Below, piece by piece: positions 58,885 through 64,000 of a stretch of 64,000 nt of DNA. Position 1 is the first letter of the stretch. Every line of letters begins with the position of its first letter. The position numbers and the translations under genes are program-made. Origin of the DNA: Bacteroidota bacterium (GTDB lineage Bacteria > Bacteroidota > Bacteroidia > Bacteroidales > GCA-2711565); assembly GCA_003353955.1 (NCBI GenBank), contig PIVJ01000004.1, positions 1,608 through 65,607 of the forward strand, read 5' to 3'. The notes beneath the pieces were generated by a model. That model was not told where the DNA came from. It searched no databases and worked only from the letters and a program-made list of their open reading frames with translations.

Positions 58885-59856
58885 ATGAAAGAAAAACTAA
58901 AAACCATTATTAAAATGGGGTTGTTTTTGATTCCTCTATTATTTTTTTACCTAGTGCTCATAGCGCAAAATCAAGAAGCTACCAGCACATTTGAATATGC
59001 TGAAGATAATCAGCAATGTCTAAAATGTCACGGACATACCTACTACAACTACTATAACGACTGGCTTGAGAGAATGATCAGGGAACGAATGAACCCTTAT
59101 TTTATCGTAGATTCGGCGGAGTATTATGAAGCCAATCACCGAAACTTCGCATGCATAGATTGCCACACATCAGAATACGAAAATTTTCCACACAATGGAG
59201 AGTTGCGCATGGAACCAAAATATGCTTGTATGGATTGCCATGGGGGTGATGATACATACGCCAAATTTAATTTTGAACAAATTGAATCTGAATTCTATAA
59301 TAGTATACATTCCTCAAAACATTCTGATGATTTTACCTGCTGGATGTGTCATAACCCACACTCCTATAAAATCAGTGCAAGAACTAACAGACACTTAAAT
59401 AAAACTATTCAGTACGACAATAACATTTGTTTAAGTTGTCATGCGGATATATCAAAATATCAGCTATTGACAACCCTGGAAAATCCAAATATTTTGGAAA
59501 CCCATAGTTGGCTTCCGAATCAAGTATTGCATTTTCAAAGTGTACGTTGCATTGAGTGTCATACCGAAATCAATAATTATATTTTGGTAGCTCATAATGT
59601 TCAAGCAAAAGATAAGGCGGTACAGCGTTGTGTTGAATGCCATTCTCAAAATTCAATATTGAAAGAAACCCTTTATAAGTATCAAAATGAAGGCTTCTCA
59701 TATAGTGAAAACAGAGATCGTAGTTTGGAGATTCCTAAATTAATCGGTGGTAATCGCCGATATATGTTGAACCTCGCCAGTGTAATTATCTTTATATTAG
59801 TTTTGGGAGGCATAAGCATTCATGCCGTTTTGCGTATCATTTTAAAACCAAGGTAG
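58885..59856 (+). CDS. membrane-anchored heptahaem c-type cytochrome
   Basis: Haem motifs CLKCH, CIDCH, CMDCH, CWMCH, CLSCH, CIECH and CVECH, with N-terminal and C-terminal hydrophobic helices. Confidence 0.85.
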   Translation: MKEKLKTIIKMGLFLIPLLFFYLVLIAQNQEATSTFEYAEDNQQCLKCHGHTYYNYYNDWLERMIRERMNPYFIVDSAEYYEANHRNFACIDCHTSEYENFPHNGELRMEPKYACMDCHGGDDTYAKFNFEQIESEFYNSIHSSKHSDDFTCWMCHNPHSYKISARTNRHLNKTIQYDNNICLSCHADISKYQLLTTLENPNILETHSWLPNQVLHFQSVRCIECHTEINNYILVAHNVQAKDKAVQRCVECHSQNSILKETLYKYQNEGFSYSENRDRSLEIPKLIGGNRRYMLNLASVIIFILVLGGISIHAVLRIILKPR

Positions 59857-59857
59857 T

Positions 59858-60478
59858 ATGTCTGAGAAATTATATTTATATCCACAATGGATCCGGGTTT
59901 GGCATGGTATAAATGCTATATTATGCTTGATATTGATTTTAACCGGACTGAGTATGCAATATTCCAATCCGGATACGGTCGTAATTATTCGATTTGATAT
60001 TGCTGTTAACCTTCATAATATTTCTGGCGTTATGTTATCCCTGAGTTATTTTTTATTCCTTATTGGAAATATGATAAGGCCAAATGGAAGGCATTACAAA
60101 ATTGTTGTAAAAGGGTTTTTGAAAGACCTGATGAAACAATTCATCTATTATGCTTATGGTTTATTCAAGGGCGAAAAAACACCTTTCCCAATAACAAAAG
60201 AGTCTAAATTTAATCCACTTCAAAGATTCACCTATATCATACTCATGTATTTTTTAGTACCTGCCGTAATATTAAGTGGGTGGGTGTTGATTTTTCCTGA
60301 CTTTATACAGAACAATTTATTTGGACAAGAGAGTATTCATTTGTTTGATTTATTTCATTTAATGACAGGTTTTGTTATTTCAGTATTCATGATTATTCAT
60401 GTTTATTTCTGTACATTGGGAAAAACTGCACTGAGAAATTTTAGAAGCATCATAAACGGATATCACGAATCACAGTAA
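59858..60478 (+). CDS. cytochrome b membrane subunit (cytochrome b561 / FdnI / PhsC-like)
   Basis: WIRVWHGINAILCLILILTGL opening helix and conserved His in later helices. The ATG is 1 nt after the heptahaem stop. Confidence 0.75.
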   Translation: MSEKLYLYPQWIRVWHGINAILCLILILTGLSMQYSNPDTVVIIRFDIAVNLHNISGVMLSLSYFLFLIGNMIRPNGRHYKIVVKGFLKDLMKQFIYYAYGLFKGEKTPFPITKESKFNPLQRFTYIILMYFLVPAVILSGWVLIFPDFIQNNLFGQESIHLFDLFHLMTGFVISVFMIIHVYFCTLGKTALRNFRSIINGYHESQ

Positions 60479-60522
60479 ATCAAATTATTAAACTACGATA
60501 TATTAACTGTTTGGAATTGAAG

Positions 60523-63318
60523 ATGAAGACACGTGATCATTTTAAACTATTGGCATTTCTAGCCATTTATTTGATGCAAGGAATTAATACCTTAAATGCA
60601 CAGTCAAACGAAGATTGCATGATGTGCCATGAGGATCCTGATATGGTTATGGTAAGAAATGGGAAAGAAATTTCCGTATTTGTTAACTCTGATGTGTTAA
60701 GAAAATCCATTCATACAGACGCTGATTGTATAATGTGTCATGAAGATGTGAACACTGAAGAATATCTACACTCCGATGACAGCAAAAAACTTCAAAATGT
60801 AAACTGTGGCAATTGTCATACAAGTGCCGATATGGGATTTAACAAAGGTATCCATGGTTTGGCATTAAAGCAAAATGGGCCCTTTGCACCTAATTGTAAG
60901 GATTGTCATGGTAGTCATGATATTTTGTCGGGTAGGCAGCCTGAATCACGTACTTATAAAATGAACATCCCCTTATTATGTGGCAGTTGCCATAAAGAGG
61001 GAGCGCCGGTTGACAGAATGTATAATTTAACAGAGCAAAATATTCTTGAAAATTATAGTCAGGGTATCCATGGCAAGGGATTATATGAGAGTGGTTTGTT
61101 TGTTACCGCAACCTGTAACGACTGTCATGGGAATCACTTTATTTTACCTGCTTCTAGCAATTACTCCACTGTTTCTACCAATAGAATCGCAAGCACTTGT
61201 ATGAAGTGTCATGTGAGAATTGAAAAAACACATAAAAAGGTAATAAAAAGCGAACTATGGAAATCAGAGCCAGACGCAATACCCTCATGTACCGAATGTC
61301 ATCCACCACACAAAGTAGAATACCAGAAGATTAATGAAACCGTTTCAAATCAATCCTGCTTAAAATGTCACAATAAAGATATTTCGGCAGGCGAATATCT
61401 TTTAAAACAAACTGGTGATACCATTCGTTTCGACTTATCACATTTATCAAATTCTGTCCATTTTAATATTCAGTGTACTAAATGTCATACCGATGTATCG
61501 CCCAAATTACAGAGGCCATGTGAAACCGTTGAGCGTGTTGATTGTTCTAATTGCCACGTTGAAGTTTCAAATCAATATTTTGATAGCGGACATGGCCACG
61601 CATTTCTTGAAAATCTTAAGAATGCGCCCTATTGTACAAATTGTCATGATACGCATGCTACGAAATCAAAATTTGATCAAACTTCACCAACTTATAGAGG
61701 TAACATACCACAGCTTTGTGGTTCGTGTCATAAAGAAGACGGGCAAGCTAATATGCAAACGCAACTAAAAGAGGTAACTGCTTTTTCTGACTACTCGCAA
61801 AGTACACATGGAAAAGGATTGACTGATAAAGGCCTACTAATAAGTGCAGTTTGTACTGATTGTCATACAACGCATCATGAGTTAAAGGAGTCAGATCCTT
61901 TATCATCTGTGAATTCTCAGAATATGGCAGCTACTTGTGCGCAATGCCATACCAGTATTTATAACGACTATGTTTCGAGCGAACATTCTATTGCTGATAG
62001 TGATGGAATACTGATATATCCCACATGCTCAACATGCCATTCAGCACATCTTATTAGTGATATTCAAGGGGATCAATTTATGAATGAAATTACCAATCAA
62101 TGTGGTAGTTGCCATACAAAATTATCCGAGACCTATCAGGAAACGTATCACGGTAAAGCTTATTTATTGGGTGATATGGATGCGGCAAGATGTTCTGATT
62201 GCCATGGGGCTCATAAAATTTTAAAAGTTGATAATCCTGATTCTGAAGTTGGCTATAAAAATATTGTTCAAACCTGTAAACAATGTCATAGTAATGCAAC
62301 ACTTGCTTTTACGGGCTACTTAACGCACGCTACACATAATGACAATAAGGTTTTACATTGGGCATTTTGGGCAATGACCTCATTACTTATTTTTGTGTTT
62401 GGTTCTTTCGGACTCCACACACTGTTCTGGTTACCACAATCACTTAAGCAGAGAAAGAAAAAGAAACATGAGGCAGCTATCCCAGGCTCGAAAAAGTATT
62501 ATCGCCGATTTAATAAAAGGCAGCGATTTACACATCTAATGATTATTATAAGCTTTATTCTATTAGCTATAACTGGGATGACCTTAAAATTCGCACATAT
62601 GGATTGGGCAAATTGGATTGCCAAACTACTTGGGGGAGTTCATTCAGCAGGTAATATTCATAGAGTTGCTGCTGTTATTACCTTTGCATATTTTACTTTT
62701 CATTTGTTGACTTTGTTTCAACTTAAAAGTAAAGCCGGTGTGAGTACCAAGGAATTTCTGTTTGGGAAAAACTCTTTGATGTTCAGCATACAAGATATAA
62801 GAGATTTTACAGCTTCAATGAAGTGGTTTTTTGGCAAAGGACCTCGTCCCCACTATGGTCGTTGGACTTATTGGGAAAAATTTGATTATATGGCAGTATT
62901 TTGGGGAGTTGCTGTAATTGGGTTCTCCGGCTTAATATTATGGTTCCCTGAATTTTTCACATTGTTTTTCCCGGGATGGGTAATAAACGTAGCTCAAATT
63001 ATTCACAGTGATGAAGCATTATTGGCAACCGGATTTATATTCACAATTCATTTCTTTAATACACACCTAAGACCCGAATCTTTCCCAATGGACACTGTTA
63101 TTTTTACAGGACATGTTCCATTGGATGAATACAAAGAAGATAGAAAAGCCGAATATGATGAGCTTGTGAAATCAGGTAAATTAGATGATGTAGTAGTTGA
63201 AAAAGAATTTAGCAAAGCTTGGTTGAAAACGATAAAATTCTTTGGCTACTTATTCCTATCACTTGGTATAGCTATTGTTATTTTGATAATCTATTCTTTA
63301 CTTGTGGGCAAATATTAA
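60523..63318 (+). CDS. 19-haem c-type cytochrome fused to a C-terminal cytochrome b membrane domain
   Basis: Signal peptide from the ATG at 60523 and 19 CxxCH motifs counted up to about nt 62300. From about 62341 come TM helices with RFTHLMIIISFILLAITGM and IHSDEALLATGFIFTIHFFNTH, paralogous to 59858-60478. Confidence 0.85.
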   Translation: MKTRDHFKLLAFLAIYLMQGINTLNAQSNEDCMMCHEDPDMVMVRNGKEISVFVNSDVLRKSIHTDADCIMCHEDVNTEEYLHSDDSKKLQNVNCGNCHTSADMGFNKGIHGLALKQNGPFAPNCKDCHGSHDILSGRQPESRTYKMNIPLLCGSCHKEGAPVDRMYNLTEQNILENYSQGIHGKGLYESGLFVTATCNDCHGNHFILPASSNYSTVSTNRIASTCMKCHVRIEKTHKKVIKSELWKSEPDAIPSCTECHPPHKVEYQKINETVSNQSCLKCHNKDISAGEYLLKQTGDTIRFDLSHLSNSVHFNIQCTKCHTDVSPKLQRPCETVERVDCSNCHVEVSNQYFDSGHGHAFLENLKNAPYCTNCHDTHATKSKFDQTSPTYRGNIPQLCGSCHKEDGQANMQTQLKEVTAFSDYSQSTHGKGLTDKGLLISAVCTDCHTTHHELKESDPLSSVNSQNMAATCAQCHTSIYNDYVSSEHSIADSDGILIYPTCSTCHSAHLISDIQGDQFMNEITNQCGSCHTKLSETYQETYHGKAYLLGDMDAARCSDCHGAHKILKVDNPDSEVGYKNIVQTCKQCHSNATLAFTGYLTHATHNDNKVLHWAFWAMTSLLIFVFGSFGLHTLFWLPQSLKQRKKKKHEAAIPGSKKYYRRFNKRQRFTHLMIIISFILLAITGMTLKFAHMDWANWIAKLLGGVHSAGNIHRVAAVITFAYFTFHLLTLFQLKSKAGVSTKEFLFGKNSLMFSIQDIRDFTASMKWFFGKGPRPHYGRWTYWEKFDYMAVFWGVAVIGFSGLILWFPEFFTLFFPGWVINVAQIIHSDEALLATGFIFTIHFFNTHLRPESFPMDTVIFTGHVPLDEYKEDRKAEYDELVKSGKLDDVVVEKEFSKAWLKTIKFFGYLFLSLGIAIVILIIYSLLVGKY

Positions 63319-63438
63319 ATCTAAATAAACTAAGAAATAGATTGTTTTAATAATTGGTACTAAATTTGAAGTTAAATATAATAAATAAAAAGATCGAAAC
63401 ATTTTTTAATAAACACAATTAAATAAAGCTAAAAAACC

Positions 63439-63927
63439 ATGATAATCAGAGGTTTAATAATCGTTTGTCTTGTTGTATTTCTAGGAAGTAATAACTTGGC
63501 AGCTCAAGATTTTGAGTATGTTGGATCTAAAAAATGTAAGATGTGTCATAATAAAGCTCCTAAGGGCGCACAGTACAAACAATGGGCTGAGTCATCACAC
63601 GCTAAGGCAATGGAGTCTCTGAGTGCGGAAGAAGCAAAAGATCCCACATGTTTAAAGTGTCATTCAACAGTTGGTCATGTTGATCCGGATCTTGTTGCAA
63701 CCTTAAAAGTTACAGAAGGTGTTTCATGTGAGTCTTGCCATGGGCCAGGTAGTAAATACTCTCCAAAGTCAGTTATGAGAGATCGTGCTAAATCTATTGC
63801 AAAAGGATTAATTCTTCCTATAGAAGAAGTTTGTATAACATGTCATAATGATGAGAGTCCACACTTTAAAGGTTTTGATTTTGCAGAATATGTTGAAAAA
63901 GTTTCACATCCTGACCCATCAAAATAA
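63439..63927 (+). CDS. periplasmic tetrahaem cytochrome c (cytochrome c554/NrfB-like small multihaem)
   Basis: Signal peptide; haem motifs CKMCH, CLKCH, CESCH and CITCH; W..S.H after the first haem motif. Confidence 0.8.
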   Translation: MIIRGLIIVCLVVFLGSNNLAAQDFEYVGSKKCKMCHNKAPKGAQYKQWAESSHAKAMESLSAEEAKDPTCLKCHSTVGHVDPDLVATLKVTEGVSCESCHGPGSKYSPKSVMRDRAKSIAKGLILPIEEVCITCHNDESPHFKGFDFAEYVEKVSHPDPSK

Positions 63928-63949
63928 CATAATACATTAAAAAATCAAA

Positions 63950-63982
63950 CCTCCCGCATCACTGACGCAGGAGGTTTTTTTT
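63950..63982 (+). terminator. rho-independent terminator closing the cytochrome locus
   Basis: CCTCCCGC-atcactga-cGCAGGAGG followed by T8. Confidence 0.75.
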
Positions 63983-64000
63983 ATTGTGTGTTTTTAAAGT

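Noticed and set aside
56177-63927. Interpreting the cytochrome locus as Nrf nitrite reductase, HAO/octahaem reductase, alternative complex III or a sulfite/tetrathionate reductase
   Set aside because: There is no CxxCK active-site haem motif. There is no ActB-like molybdopterin/Fe-S subunit, no ActC/F-type quinol subunits and no sirohaem or Mo enzyme genes in or next to the cluster. The C-terminal NrfA-like helices in the hexahaem are only fold-level resemblance.

Overview
Low-GC, gene-dense chromosomal window: about 60 CDS, one tRNA, and no IS, integrase, phage or CRISPR signal. The host looks like a member of Bacteroidota. Evidence for that is almost no Shine-Dalgarno sequences, a TTTG-N19-TAATTTTG promoter upstream of prs, GH3-family, DUF3109, long-form IspG and tricorn-like genes, and an atpBEFHAG operon without beta/epsilon.

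Left to right the window holds:
- hemW (partial), an EEP-family protein, GH3, LysE, recJ, an ABC permease, purH and mreBCD.
- A TlpA-like thioredoxin, an orphan LutB-like Fe-S protein and rpiB.
- A 563-bp spacer at about 10% GC, then an AT-rich nadA and a lipoprotein/PepSY-TM module.
- A complete minus-strand Pho operon: small OM protein, pstSCAB, phoU, phoB-like and phoR-like.
- sodB, ctp, tRNA-Leu(CAA), prs-rplY(ctc)-pth and glyQS.
- An enterobacterial-type ornithine carbamoyltransferase, DUF3109, a tricorn-like protease and ferritin.
- atpBEFHAG, then a decayed 1.4-kb segment with a frameshifted bPH_2/SHOCT pseudogene.
- pgk, a transaminase/omega-amidase pair, trkAH, a lipid kinase and ispG.

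The stand-out is the right-hand 8.8 kb (55.2-64.0 kb). It carries a divergent FNR-type regulator with two TTGA-N6-TCAA-type boxes, plus seven same-strand genes with 37 CxxCH haem sites. These are a collagen-like hexahaem lipoprotein, a monohaem lipoprotein with a beta-barrel, a heptahaem with a cytochrome b, a 19-haem::cytochrome-b fusion, and a tetrahaem. I interpret this as an uncharacterised quinol-to-outer-membrane electron conduit.

A 48-nt inverted repeat pair brackets the atp operon. All protein calls come from motif recognition by eye; no database search was run.
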